A stretch of 64,000 nt of DNA from positions 132,081 to 196,080 of the forward strand of contig CAXXWV010000002.1 of assembly GCA_963676175.2 (NCBI GenBank), read 5' to 3'. Each line of letters starts with the position of its first letter. Position 1 is the first letter of the stretch. The translations under genes and the position numbers were made by a program. The notes under the pieces were generated by a model. That model saw nothing but the letters and a program-made list of their open reading frames with translations. It had not been told where the DNA came from and searched no databases. Of this stretch, positions 48,399 through 58,364 are shown piece after piece. This DNA is from Bacteroidales bacterium (lineage in GTDB: Bacteria > Bacteroidota > Bacteroidia > Bacteroidales > VadinHA17).

Positions 48399-48479
48399 AA
48401 AGATAAAAGTTAAAAAGATTAAAGTAAATGCTCACAATTTACTCCTTTTGTCTTTATCCTTTTGTCTTTTGTCTTTAAT

Positions 48480-48563
48480 GTGCCCAGAACAGGACTCGAA
48501 CCTGCACATCATTGCTGACACTAGTCCCTGAAACTAGCGCGTCTACCAATTTCGCCATCTGGG
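48480..48563 (-). tRNA. tRNA-Leu (anticodon CAG), class II
   Basis: Acceptor stem GCCCAGA/TCTGGGC, anticodon stem CTAGT/ACTAG with loop TTCAGGG, long variable arm, T-loop TTCGAGT. It is 84 nt long. Confidence 0.9.
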
Positions 48564-48609
48564 CATTTTCTGTAAAAGAACTACTGTACAGGTATACTTG
48601 ACAGCGGCG

Positions 48610-48617
48610 CAAAAATA
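48610..48617 (-). promoter_or_regulatory. candidate -7 promoter box (TATTTTTG) for tRNA-Leu(CAG)
   Basis: The minus strand reads TATTTTTG 46 nt upstream of the tRNA 5' end. Confidence 0.3.
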
Positions 48618-48863
48618 ATAATTTTTTCAAAACAAAACCTCCTTTGTACAAAAAAGTAAAAAGACTTGATCTTCCAGGTCAAGATCACACTATCGTATCA
48701 CATATTTAAACAGTCATGCCGCCCTGATAGCTGAATTTTCATTACATGAATTGAAGACAGATTCTTTCCACATTCTGATTATAAAATCTTAATAGGAAGC
48801 ATGGTCTTAATTAAAGAATTGTAAAAAAACAATTTCATTCATGTTCCGTATTAATTAAAAATA

Positions 48864-49017
48864 TATTTTTGCTCCCTGATTTAAAAATTATGAACGAACA
48901 GCTGAAAAAACTTATTAAATGTATTAAGCATCTGTTATACAGGTCTGTAACTGCATTTGTCCAATAATAGCAATAAAACACAAGTACAGACCTGCAAATA
49001 AAAGCAGGTTTTTTTTT
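48864..49017 (+). promoter_or_regulatory. candidate lysC leader: -7 box, 25-codon Lys-containing leader ORF, alternative hairpin and terminator
   Basis: TATTTTTG lies at 48864-48871. The ORF at 48890-48967 encodes MNEQLKKLIKCIKHLLYRSVTAFVQ*. A 10-bp stem forms between 48940-48949 and 48985-48994, and it shares bases with a terminator stem (48990-48995 with 49004-49009) followed by T9 (49009-49017). No plus-strand gene lies upstream that this terminator could serve. Confidence 0.45.
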
Positions 49018-49033
49018 ATAATCAGGAAAGGAT

Positions 49034-50362
49034 ATGAAAATAATGAAGTTTGGCGGTACATCGGTTGGAAATCCCGACAGGATGAGGGCTCTGATACCGC
49101 TGGTAAATGATGGTGATAAGAAAATTGTTGTCCTGTCTGCCATGTCAGGAACAACTAACAACCTTGTCGAGATCGCGGATCTCCTGCATGCAGGTAAAGT
49201 TGATGAGGCTTCGCAAAAAAACGAAGACCTCAGGACAAAATACCACAAGGTTGTAGACGAGCTCTACTCGAGTGAGGAATTCAGGAAATCTGGACATGAG
49301 CTTATAGACTCGCATTTTGAGTATGTAAGGAATTTTACACTCAGGGTTTTCACCAAACTTCAGGAGAAAGCTATTCTTGCCCAGGGTGAATTGTTGTCAA
49401 CATCACTGTTCCATATCCTTCTTCAGGAGAGGAACATTAAGTCCGTTCTTCTGCCGGCGCTTTGTTTCATGAGGATAGACAAGGATGGTGAACCCGATGA
49501 ATTTTATATTAAGGAGAACCTGCGCAGGGAGCTGAAGAAATATCCCGGAGAGAATATTATTATCACTCAGGGGTTCATCTGCCGTAACGCTTATGGCGAA
49601 ATTGACAACCTTAAAAGAGGCGGCAGTGACTTTTCTGCCTCTCTGATAGGAGCAGCGCTCAAAGTAACTGAAATACAGATATGGACCGACATTAACGGTT
49701 TCCATAACAATGATCCCAGATTTGTGGAGAACACTGAAGTTATCAGGGAATTATCGTTTGATGAGGCTGCTGAACTGGCATATTTCGGCGCTAAAATATT
49801 ACATCCTTCCAGTGTTAATCCTGCCCGCGGGAAAAACATACCGGTAAGATTAAAAAACACTATGGATCCAGATGATCCGGGCACTCTGCTCACAGCAAAA
49901 TGCGACTGGGCAGACTACAAAGCTGTCGCGGCAAAAGATGGTATTTCTGCAATCAGGATCAAATCAGACAGGATGCTGATGGCCTATGGTTTTCTGAGGA
50001 AGGTTTTTGAAATATTCGAAGCCTACAGGACACCGATAGATATGATCACAACATCGGAAGTATCAGTTTCAATTACTATAGACAATTCTGAATTCATTGA
50101 TCAGATAATTCATGATCTTAATGAACTCGGAACGGTGGAAATCGAAAAGGATCTCTCAATCATCTGCGTGGTTGGTGATTTCAGAACTGAAAAGACAGGA
50201 TCAGCTCCGGAAATCTTCGAAGCTCTGAATACCATTCCATTGAAGATGATATCATATGGAGGAAGTCCCAACAGCCTCTCCCTCCTTATTGATACAAAGA
50301 ATAAAATACAGGCGTTAAGATTATTAAGCGAACATCTTTTTAAACATAATAATGATCAGTGA
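49034..50362 (+). CDS. lysC: aspartate kinase (monofunctional)
   Basis: Has MKFGGTSVG, the kinase core and C-terminal ACT-like repeats. It is 442 aa. Confidence 0.9.
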   Translation: MKIMKFGGTSVGNPDRMRALIPLVNDGDKKIVVLSAMSGTTNNLVEIADLLHAGKVDEASQKNEDLRTKYHKVVDELYSSEEFRKSGHELIDSHFEYVRNFTLRVFTKLQEKAILAQGELLSTSLFHILLQERNIKSVLLPALCFMRIDKDGEPDEFYIKENLRRELKKYPGENIIITQGFICRNAYGEIDNLKRGGSDFSASLIGAALKVTEIQIWTDINGFHNNDPRFVENTEVIRELSFDEAAELAYFGAKILHPSSVNPARGKNIPVRLKNTMDPDDPGTLLTAKCDWADYKAVAAKDGISAIRIKSDRMLMAYGFLRKVFEIFEAYRTPIDMITTSEVSVSITIDNSEFIDQIIHDLNELGTVEIEKDLSIICVVGDFRTEKTGSAPEIFEALNTIPLKMISYGGSPNSLSLLIDTKNKIQALRLLSEHLFKHNNDQ

Positions 50363-51506
50363 TTCAATTACAGGCAGGTTCAGGGAAATTGAGACCCCAT
50401 TCTACTACTATGATCTCGATATGCTCCGGACCGGTCTCGACAAAATAAGAAAAGAACTGGATAATTCCGGTTTCATTGCTCACTATGCCCTGAAAGCCAA
50501 TTCAAATCCAAGGATTTTAAAGCTTATTGCATCCTACGGAATAGGAGCCGACTGTGTAAGCGGCAACGAGATAGCAGCGGCTCTGGAAGCCGGGTTTGAC
50601 CATGCAGGTATTGTCTATGCAGGAGTTGGTAAAACGGATAAGGAAATTGCATTCGCCCTGAAAAGTGACATTTCCTGCTTCAACTGTGAATCTATCCCGG
50701 AAATAGAAGTAATTAACCAGATAGCCTCAAATCTGAATAAAACAGCTACTATTGCACTGAGAATCAATCCATATATTGAGGCTCATACTCATAAGTACAT
50801 AACTACCGGTATTGAAGAAAGTAAATTCGGTATCAATACATGGGAATTGGATGAGGTAATAATGAAAATTTCAAAGCTCAGAAATATAAAACTTACTGGC
50901 ATACATTTTCATGTGGGATCCCAAATCTCCAGAATGTCGGTTTTTAAAAGCCTCTGCTCAAGGATCAACGAATTACAGGAATGGTTCATTTCACACGGCA
51001 TTGAACTGCATACGATCAATGTTGGAGGCGGGCTCGGGATCGATTATGAAAATCCTGAAAAAATGCCGCTGTTCGAGGAATATTTTACCATGATTAATGA
51101 ATTCGTAAATCTCAGGCCGGGACAAAAACTTCATATGGAACCAGGGAGGGCCATCATCGGACAGTGCGGCAGCCTTATATCCAGGGTGCTTTTCATCAAG
51201 AATGGCAGCAATACCGTATTCGCAATCATCGATGCCGGAATGACCGATCTCATCAGACCGGCACTGTACCAGGCACATCATAAAATAGAAAATCTTTCAT
51301 CAAAAGGGCATATTTACAGATACGATGTTGTAGGACCGGTGTGTGAATCATCCGACGTATTCGGGAAGTTTATTGAACTTCCGGAAACGGAAAGGGGCGA
51401 TTTCATTGCTATCCGGTCGGCCGGTGCATATGGGGAAGCTATGGCCTCCAGGTATAACCTTAGGAACCTTCCTGCCTCAGTATTCTCCGATGACCTTAAT
51501 GTCTGA
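50352..51506 (+). CDS. lysA: diaminopimelate decarboxylase
   Basis: Motifs seen are YALKAN, HFHVGSQ, GGGLGI, EPGRAI and CESSD. It overlaps the lysC stop by 11 nt. Confidence 0.9.
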   Translation: MISDSITGRFREIETPFYYYDLDMLRTGLDKIRKELDNSGFIAHYALKANSNPRILKLIASYGIGADCVSGNEIAAALEAGFDHAGIVYAGVGKTDKEIAFALKSDISCFNCESIPEIEVINQIASNLNKTATIALRINPYIEAHTHKYITTGIEESKFGINTWELDEVIMKISKLRNIKLTGIHFHVGSQISRMSVFKSLCSRINELQEWFISHGIELHTINVGGGLGIDYENPEKMPLFEEYFTMINEFVNLRPGQKLHMEPGRAIIGQCGSLISRVLFIKNGSNTVFAIIDAGMTDLIRPALYQAHHKIENLSSKGHIYRYDVVGPVCESSDVFGKFIELPETERGDFIAIRSAGAYGEAMASRYNLRNLPASVFSDDLNV

Positions 51507-51531
51507 TATTACCCGATCTGTTTTGCAGAAT

Positions 51532-51569
51532 AAAAAAAAGACCACCGATGAAAATCAGTGGTCTTTTTT
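51532..51569. terminator. bidirectional rho-independent terminator
   Basis: A8 run, then the stem aagaccac/gtggtctt with a 12-nt loop, then a T-run. It lies between the convergent lysA and permease genes. Confidence 0.7.
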
Positions 51570-51604
51570 GTAAGGCATAAAAACCGGTTCAGCAATAAAC
51601 CGAT

Positions 51605-53197
51605 TTATGAATTTCTTGACTGTCGTATCTTACTATGCTTTGTCCCATAAAAGAAATATATGGCAAAACCTATCGCCATCCAGATGATAAGCCTGAGCCA
51701 TGTATCAAGAGGAAGTGATGCCATCTGAATAAAACAGATCGAAGCGCCCAGAATAGGAACGACAGGTACCCATGGTGTTCTGAAAGGCCTGTGAATATCC
51801 GGCCGCGATTTCCTCAGAATAATAATGCTGATGCAGACAATTATGAAAGCCAGCAAGGTTCCGATTGAAACAAGCTCTCCAAGGATGCTTATGGGAAGAA
51901 TTCCTGAAATTATCATCGCCACAGTACCGGTAATAACGGTACTGACATATGGAGTTTTGAATTTAGGGTGAATCGTGGAGAATACCGGAGGAAGCAAACC
52001 ATCCTTTGACATTGAGAAAAAGATCCTGGGCTGCCCGAGAAGCATCACCAGAATTACAGAGCTCAGTCCGGCAATGGCCGCAATCTTCACAATTGGCCGT
52101 AGCCAGAACATCCCTTTGCCCATAGCGTCAACTCCAACTGCGACAGGATCTGCTACGTTGAGTGTGGTATAGCTTACTATCCCTGTGAGAACAATAGCAA
52201 CCAGAATATAAAGAATTGTAGAAACACCAAGAGAACCAAGTATACCAATAGGCATATCACGTTGAGGATTTTTCGCTTCCTGAGCAGCGGTCGAAACAGC
52301 ATCAAACCCGATATAGGCGAAGAAAATCACACCCGCTCCTCTCAGAATACCACTGATCCCGTATTTTCCAAATTCCGCCGAATAAGCTTTTAACCAGGCC
52401 ATAAATGATCCATATTGAGAGATAGGCGCTGCTTCAACTTTATTCTCCGGAATAAATGGATGCCAGTTAGCAGATTTAACAAACATGAAACCGATTCCGA
52501 TGAACATTATGATCACCGAAACTTTGGTTATCACCATGATATTATTGAAGTTGGCAGATTCCCGTATACCGATGATCAGAAGTGTTGTCAGAAGCGCAAC
52601 AATGAACATCGCGGGGATATTTAAAATGCAGGTGACATGTGTGAGGGAATCAGCTTGAATTCCTGATGCTGAAAGAGTCTTTACCAGAGCATCTGACAAC
52701 GGTTTCCATCCCATGTTGGGCACATCTATCATTACTGATCCGGAAGCACCGGTAAACTGAGGAGGAATGAAGATGTTAAGATCCTTCAGGAAACTTACCA
52801 CATAGCCTGACCAGCCTACAGCTACTGTTGATGCAGCAAAAAGATATTCCAGAATAAGGTCCCAGCCAATGATCCAGGCAAGAAACTCCCCGAGAGTTGC
52901 ATAAGCATAAGTATAAGCGCTTCCTGCAATCGGAATCATGGAAGCAAACTCAGCATAGCATAAGCCGGCAAAACCGCAAGCCAGACCAGAAATAACAAAG
53001 GAAAGGACAATAGCCGGACCGGCATACTGTGCCGCAGCCTGCCCGGTAAGTACAAAGATTCCTGCTCCGATTATGGCGCCAATGCCAAGAGTCGTTAAAT
53101 TAAGTGAGGTTAGTGATCTTTTAAGCCCCCCCGATTCCTTTGATTCATAAAGAAGGAGATCAAGCGGCTTTGTATAAAACAGCGGGCTTTTTGACAT
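51605..53197 (-). CDS. APC-superfamily amino acid permease (cationic amino acid transporter-like)
   Basis: 530 aa with about 12-14 TM segments. The N-terminal GIGAIIGAGIFVLTG motif is typical of APC transporters. Confidence 0.85.
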   Translation of the reverse strand: MSKSPLFYTKPLDLLLYESKESGGLKRSLTSLNLTTLGIGAIIGAGIFVLTGQAAAQYAGPAIVLSFVISGLACGFAGLCYAEFASMIPIAGSAYTYAYATLGEFLAWIIGWDLILEYLFAASTVAVGWSGYVVSFLKDLNIFIPPQFTGASGSVMIDVPNMGWKPLSDALVKTLSASGIQADSLTHVTCILNIPAMFIVALLTTLLIIGIRESANFNNIMVITKVSVIIMFIGIGFMFVKSANWHPFIPENKVEAAPISQYGSFMAWLKAYSAEFGKYGISGILRGAGVIFFAYIGFDAVSTAAQEAKNPQRDMPIGILGSLGVSTILYILVAIVLTGIVSYTTLNVADPVAVGVDAMGKGMFWLRPIVKIAAIAGLSSVILVMLLGQPRIFFSMSKDGLLPPVFSTIHPKFKTPYVSTVITGTVAMIISGILPISILGELVSIGTLLAFIIVCISIIILRKSRPDIHRPFRTPWVPVVPILGASICFIQMASLPLDTWLRLIIWMAIGFAIYFFYGTKHSKIRQSRNS

Positions 53198-53367
53198 TTG
53201 ATTATTTTAAAAAAGGTGTGTGTTTTCTTTATCGTTTACAAACCTAACTGTTTTTTATAATAAAATAATTGCAAAACCAAGTAAAAAATTGAATTTCCTA
53301 AAATATGACTCGCTCCTATTCCGACAATTTCAGCTATTTTTAATTTTCAAAATAAATTGCAGACGCT

Positions 53368-54063
53368 ATGCGAAAAATACTTGTCGCCGGACTGGCAATA
53401 TTAATGTTGTCATGTTCTCCTATTGATAAATACAAAAATACAACAGAAGTACTGGGATGGGAAAAAGATATTCAGGCTTTCGGACAACTCGATAAGGCAG
53501 AACAACACCCAGGTGATGCCATCCTTTTCGCCGGCAGTTCGAGTATAAGACTATGGGATTCCATTGCCTATGACATGGCGCCTTATCACGTGATCCGGAG
53601 AGGCTACGGAGGTGCAAGTCTGAGCGATTTTGCAATTTATGCTGACCGTATTATTGCCCCCCACCCCTGCCGCGCTATAGTACTTTATATAGCCAACGAT
53701 ATAACGGGTAATAAAAATGATAAAAGACCCGGGGAGGTTGCCAGACTGTTCAGATATACACTCAACGAAATCAGAAAATCACACCCTGTCACTCCCGTGT
53801 TCTGGATCGCAATAACACCAACTGCATCAAGATGGGCAGTATGGGAGAAAATAAGGCTGGCAAACAATATAATAAAACATCTCTGCGAAAACAGCCCGAA
53901 TACCTACTTCATTAATACAGATTTTGCATACATCGGATCGGACGGTAAACCAAAGACCGATCTGTTCATTGAAGATAAACTACATTTGAACAGGCAGGGG
54001 TATACCATCTGGACCGGGATAATCAAAAAGGAAATGGATAATGTCCTGACAGGAAAGAAATAA
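53368..54063 (+). CDS. SGNH/GDSL-type hydrolase (lipoprotein)
   Basis: Block I FAGSSS, block II GYGGAS, block III IANDI, block V DKLHLN. Has a lipobox (LMLSCS). Confidence 0.8.
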   Translation: MRKILVAGLAILMLSCSPIDKYKNTTEVLGWEKDIQAFGQLDKAEQHPGDAILFAGSSSIRLWDSIAYDMAPYHVIRRGYGGASLSDFAIYADRIIAPHPCRAIVLYIANDITGNKNDKRPGEVARLFRYTLNEIRKSHPVTPVFWIAITPTASRWAVWEKIRLANNIIKHLCENSPNTYFINTDFAYIGSDGKPKTDLFIEDKLHLNRQGYTIWTGIIKKEMDNVLTGKK

Positions 54064-54157
54064 ATCAATCCGGATTATTCAGGGTAAGCAATATCCTGAA
54101 TATTTCAGTCACTGAACCTGTTCTTTTCCAATCGGAGAAATAACAGAACCTCATGAA

Positions 54158-54907
54158 TCAATGAATACTCTTCTTATACAGTTCCTGCCAGTTCTCATCA
54201 GTACTCCCTATGGATTGCAACTGAACGCCAGCTTCTCTCCTGACCAGTTTCCTGATCACATGTGATCTGGTTCCCTTTGATACCCCTGTTTCATGCTGAA
54301 CATAGTCGACATAGGCGGTAAACCTGTTTATTTTATGCGGTATCACTTCAGTGACATGTATAAACTCAGGATCTTCCGCTCTCAGAGCATAATTATCATA
54401 GTTTTGCTCCCATACATCCACATAGTGATCGGAATTTGACAGTCCTGCAAAAACAGCTATCCCGTACTGATCGGTAAAGCCTTCAATAATACTGTTAGTT
54501 TGGCTATCCCAGTCGGCAAGAGTAGGATAAAGGATAATGCTTGCGTTAGGAACAATGTATTGCTCATAATATTCCAGAACCTCTATTTCCAGAAGAGTCG
54601 GAACAGTTACAGTGATAGTAAGCGAAGCCTTGTCTTCAATGCTGTTTTTCGAAATTGCCGTAAGCTTTACCTCGTAAGTTCCGGTTGAATTAAAAGAATG
54701 AACAGGATTTACATCATTTGAAATATACCCATCACCAAAATCCCATTTGAAAGCAGATGCATCTCTTGAATCATTTACAAATACCACGCTCTGTCCTACT
54801 TCCGGTTCAACAGTGTCGGTGTGGAACACAGCCACAGGAGTATAAGTTTTCTTACATGATACTAACAGTACCGGTAATATAAATGTCAAGAGGAGTAGTT
54901 TCTTCAT
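54158..54907 (-). CDS. PKD-domain lipoprotein
   Basis: Has a lipobox (LLVSCK), and the FKWDFGDG motif marks a PKD fold. Confidence 0.8.
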   Translation of the reverse strand: MKKLLLLTFILPVLLVSCKKTYTPVAVFHTDTVEPEVGQSVVFVNDSRDASAFKWDFGDGYISNDVNPVHSFNSTGTYEVKLTAISKNSIEDKASLTITVTVPTLLEIEVLEYYEQYIVPNASIILYPTLADWDSQTNSIIEGFTDQYGIAVFAGLSNSDHYVDVWEQNYDNYALRAEDPEFIHVTEVIPHKINRFTAYVDYVQHETGVSKGTRSHVIRKLVRREAGVQLQSIGSTDENWQELYKKSIH

Positions 54908-55034
54908 ATTGATGGTTTTTAAGTATTTATTTACCGTTCTAAGTTCCTTCCAGAAATGTTAAAATTAAGCAATATTAAGTAGATTACAACCAGTGTATGA
55001 TCACTATGAACATCTATTAATCAAAAATATTAAT

Positions 55035-55042
55035 TACCTTTG
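55035..55042 (+). promoter_or_regulatory. candidate -7 promoter box (TACCTTTG) for the thrS operon
   Basis: TAnnTTTG match 27 nt upstream of the ATG at 55070. Confidence 0.5.
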
Positions 55043-55069
55043 CATTCCTGTAAAAAAGAGCAAAGATAT

Positions 55070-57007
55070 ATGATAAAGATTACTTTTCCAGATGGGTCCA
55101 TCAGGGAATATAACAAGGGGATCAACAGTCTCGAAATTGCGGAACAGATTAGTCCAAGGCTTGCCAGAGAGGTATATAGCGCCACAGTTAACGGCGAAGT
55201 ATGGGACCTGTCAAGACCTATTGACAATGATGCCACTTTGAAACTCAATAAATGGGAAGATGAAGAAGGGAAACATGCATTCTGGCATTCTTCAGCTCAC
55301 CTCATGGCAGAAGCGCTTGAAGCTCTGTATCCTGGAATGAAATTCGGGATAGGTCCGGCAATAGAACAGGGATTTTACTATGATGTAGACCCGGGGGAAG
55401 CAGTAATTACCGAATCTGATCTTCCTGCAATTGAGAACAAGATGAAAGAACTTGCTTCGAAAAATGAAGTTTACAGCAGACGCTCCGTGAGTAAAAAAGA
55501 AGCTCTCGATCTTTTTACCAAAAAAGGAGATGAATATAAGACAGAACTCATCAGTGAACTCACTGATGGGACTATAACACTATATACTCAGGGAAATTTC
55601 ACCGACCTCTGCCGCGGACCTCATCTTCCATCGACAGAACCAATGAAAGCTATTAAGCTGATCAGTGTTGCCGGTGCTTACTGGAGGGGAAACGAAAAGA
55701 GGAAAATGCTCACCAGGATTTATGGCATAACCTTTCCAAAACAGAAACTTCTCGACGAATATCTGGTCTTCCTTGAAGAAGCAAAGAAAAGGGATCACAG
55801 GAAGATCGGCAGGGAGCTTGAACTTTTCACATTCTCGCCTAAGGTCGGCATGGGCCTTCCTCTCTGGATGCCTAAAGGTGCTGACATAAGGCAGAATCTG
55901 ATCAATTTTCTTACCGGAGTTTTAAGAAAAAGAGGTTATAAAATAGTTGCAACACCACATATTGGCAATGTAAATCTTTACAAGACCTCAGGCCATTTCG
56001 AGAAGTACGGAGCCGACTCGTTCCAGCCGATATCAACTCCCCAGGAAGGTGAGCAGTTTATGCTAAAACCGATGAACTGCCCTCATCATTGCGAAATATA
56101 CAATGCTACTCCGCATTCATATAAAGACCTGCCTCTGAGGATGGCGGAATTCGGAACAGTATACAGATATGAGCAGAGCGGGGAACTTCATGGTCTCACC
56201 AGGGTCAGGAGTTTTACCCAGGATGATGCTCACCTGTACTGCAGGCCCGATCAGCTAAGAGAAGAGTTCAAAGGGATCATAGATCTCATTCTGTATATTT
56301 TCAGGATACTTAATTTTAATGATTTTACGGCTCAGGTATCCCTCAGGGATCCGAACAATAAACAGAAGTATATTGGTTCGGATGAGAACTGGGAAAGAGC
56401 AGAACAAGATATCATTCAGGCTGCTGCTGAAAAGGGACTCCAAACAACGGTAGTCACGGGAGAAGCAGCATTTTACGGACCAAAGCTTGATTTTATGGTT
56501 AAGGATGCCATAGGCAGAAAGTGGCAGCTCGGAACAATCCAGGTCGACTATAACCTTCCCGAAAGATTCGATCTTGTTTACAACGGAAGCGATAACCAGA
56601 AGCACAGGCCTGTGATGATCCACCGTACAATTTTCGGATCGATGGAAAGATTTGTTGCCGTGCTCATTGAAAATACGATTGGAAAGTTCCCTCTGTGGCT
56701 TGCTCCTGAAAAAGCCGTCATCCTTCCTATCAGTGAAAAATTCAATGATTATGCACTAAAAGTTTTGGAAATTCTAAATAATTCCGATATTTGCACACTG
56801 ATTGACGAGCGCAGTGAAAAAATTGGTAAAAAGATAAGGGATAATGAATTAAAGAGGATTCCCTATCTTCTTATCATAGGCGAAAAAGAGGTTGAGAACG
56901 GAACAATTGCTGTCCGTAAACAGGGAGAGGGTGATAAAGGAAGTATGAAAGTAGAAGAATTCGTTAGTTTTATTAACTCGGAGATCAATAAAGAGATTGC
57001 ATTATAA
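55070..57007 (+). CDS. thrS: threonine--tRNA ligase
   Basis: Has the TGS domain [14 protein letters not shown] and class II motifs ([24 protein letters not shown]). The ATG at 55070 is preferred to the ORF-track 55040. Confidence 0.93.
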   Translation: MIKITFPDGSIREYNKGINSLEIAEQISPRLAREVYSATVNGEVWDLSRPIDNDATLKLNKWEDEEGKHAFWHSSAHLMAEALEALYPGMKFGIGPAIEQGFYYDVDPGEAVITESDLPAIENKMKELASKNEVYSRRSVSKKEALDLFTKKGDEYKTELISELTDGTITLYTQGNFTDLCRGPHLPSTEPMKAIKLISVAGAYWRGNEKRKMLTRIYGITFPKQKLLDEYLVFLEEAKKRDHRKIGRELELFTFSPKVGMGLPLWMPKGADIRQNLINFLTGVLRKRGYKIVATPHIGNVNLYKTSGHFEKYGADSFQPISTPQEGEQFMLKPMNCPHHCEIYNATPHSYKDLPLRMAEFGTVYRYEQSGELHGLTRVRSFTQDDAHLYCRPDQLREEFKGIIDLILYIFRILNFNDFTAQVSLRDPNNKQKYIGSDENWERAEQDIIQAAAEKGLQTTVVTGEAAFYGPKLDFMVKDAIGRKWQLGTIQVDYNLPERFDLVYNGSDNQKHRPVMIHRTIFGSMERFVAVLIENTIGKFPLWLAPEKAVILPISEKFNDYALKVLEILNNSDICTLIDERSEKIGKKIRDNELKRIPYLLIIGEKEVENGTIAVRKQGEGDKGSMKVEEFVSFINSEINKEIAL

Positions 57008-57053
57008 TGCACAATAGATTACAGAGTACTAACAAAAGAAGGAGGAAAGAACC

Positions 57054-57602
57054 ATAGCTTTACCAATCAAGCGAAGCCCGGCGAGAATCGCCCAGCCGGC
57101 TCACAAAATCAATCATAGGATCACTGCAAAAGTGGTCAGAGTGGTCGGGGATGAAATACCACCAGAGGTTATGAATATTCAGGATGCACTCCGACTGGCA
57201 GACAGTATGGAACTTGATCTTGTTGAAATCTCACCCAATGCGGACCCTCCGGTATGCCGGATCGTTGATTACCAGAAGTTCCTTTATCAGCAGAAAAAGA
57301 AACAAAAGGAGATCAAGGCAAAGACCTCAAAGGTTGTGGTTAAAGAGATCCGTTTCGGACCGAATACAGATGACCATGATTATAACTTCAAACTGAAGCA
57401 TGCAATCAGGTTTCTGGATGAAGGGGCGAAGGTCAGAGCTTATGTCTTTTTCAAAGGCAGATCGATTTTGTTCAAAGAGCAGGGTGAAGTATTACTCCTG
57501 CGTTTCGCAAATGACCTGGAGGAGTATGGAAAGGTTGAACAACTTCCAAAACTTGAGGGTAAAAGAATGATCGTTTCTTTCTCCCCTAAAAAGAAAAAGT
57601 AG
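57054..57602 (+). CDS. infC: translation initiation factor IF-3 (non-canonical start codon)
   Basis: The conserved N-terminal block [17 protein letters not shown] lies upstream of the first GTG (57132). The frame is open from 57033 with no ATG/GTG/TTG/CTG before 57132. ATA at 57054 is preceded by AGGAGG (57040-57045). The exact start codon is uncertain. Confidence 0.8.
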   Translation: MALPIKRSPARIAQPAHKINHRITAKVVRVVGDEIPPEVMNIQDALRLADSMELDLVEISPNADPPVCRIVDYQKFLYQQKKKQKEIKAKTSKVVVKEIRFGPNTDDHDYNFKLKHAIRFLDEGAKVRAYVFFKGRSILFKEQGEVLLLRFANDLEEYGKVEQLPKLEGKRMIVSFSPKKKK

Positions 57603-57629
57603 TTTTTTAAATATATTCGAGAAAGAGAA

Positions 57630-57827
57630 ATGCCAAAAATGAAGACGAATCCGGGTGCAAAGAAGAGATTTTCTCTCACCGGAACAGGAAAGATCAAACG
57701 TAAGCATGCTTTTAAGAGCCACATCCTGACTAAAAAATCAACTAAGCGTAAAAGAAATCTTACTTACGCGGGTCAGGTACACAAGACAGATCTTAAAAAT
57801 GTTAAGCTGTTGCTCGCGATTAAATAA
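57630..57827 (+). CDS. rpmI: 50S ribosomal protein L35
   Basis: Begins [14 protein letters not shown] and is 65 aa. Confidence 0.93.
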   Translation: MPKMKTNPGAKKRFSLTGTGKIKRKHAFKSHILTKKSTKRKRNLTYAGQVHKTDLKNVKLLLAIK

Positions 57828-57921
57828 GCAGATTACGTATTGATAAAGTAAATTAATTATTAACAGATTGTTCAGCCGGTAAGAGTCCGAAAAGGACCGC
57901 TGACATTCAAAAAAATGAGTT

Positions 57922-58266
57922 ATGCCAAGATCAGTTAATTCAGTTGCGTCAAGGACCAGGAGAAAAAAGGTCCTGAAGCAGACAAAAGGTAACTTCGGTT
58001 CAAGAAAAAATGTCTTCACGGTAGCAAAAAACACCCTAGACAAGGGCCTGAATTATGCATACCGCGACAGGAGAAAAAAGAAAGGCGCCTTCAGGGCTCT
58101 GTGGATTCAGAGAATCAATGCAGGTGTTCGCCAATATGATATGAGCTATTCAGAGTTCATTGGCAAGATTGCTAAAAAAGGAATCACTCTTAACAGAAAA
58201 ACTCTTGCAGATCTTGCAATGAATCATCCTGATGCCTTCAAGGCAATTGTTGAAAAAGTAAAATAA
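57922..58266 (+). CDS. rplT: 50S ribosomal protein L20
   Basis: Begins [23 protein letters not shown] and is 114 aa. Confidence 0.93.
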   Translation: MPRSVNSVASRTRRKKVLKQTKGNFGSRKNVFTVAKNTLDKGLNYAYRDRRKKKGAFRALWIQRINAGVRQYDMSYSEFIGKIAKKGITLNRKTLADLAMNHPDAFKAIVEKVK

Positions 58267-58281
58267 ACTTAAGGCTATCAT

Positions 58282-58321
58282 AAAAAAACAGGGTGTCCCG
58301 AAAAGACACCCTGTTTTTTTA
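58282..58321. terminator. bidirectional rho-independent terminator
   Basis: A7 run, then the stem acagggtgtc/gacaccctgt with a 7-nt loop, then T7. It lies between the convergent rplT and lepB genes. Confidence 0.75.
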
Positions 58322-58364
58322 TATGAATTCAGGTATTTTTTACTCTAATAGTTTAAACCGTATA

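Noticed and set aside
48700-49033. Lysine riboswitch (L-box) upstream of lysC
   Set aside because: I could not find the conserved G-rich or GAGGCGC-type core helices. The region is too AT-rich and too short between the -7 box and the terminator. Infernal should still be run.
48835-49248. 137-aa minus-strand ORF spanning the lysC start
   Set aside because: It is antisense to the well-supported lysC N-terminus (KFGGTSVG) and to the leader region, and the translation is low-complexity.
55043-55069. T-box or other long leader upstream of thrS
   Set aside because: Only 27 nt separate the consensus -7 box from the ATG, which leaves no room for a T-box element.
57132-57134. GTG at 57132 as the infC start (ORF-track call)
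   Set aside because: It would remove the conserved N-terminal IF-3 segment, which is encoded in-frame upstream with no intervening stop.
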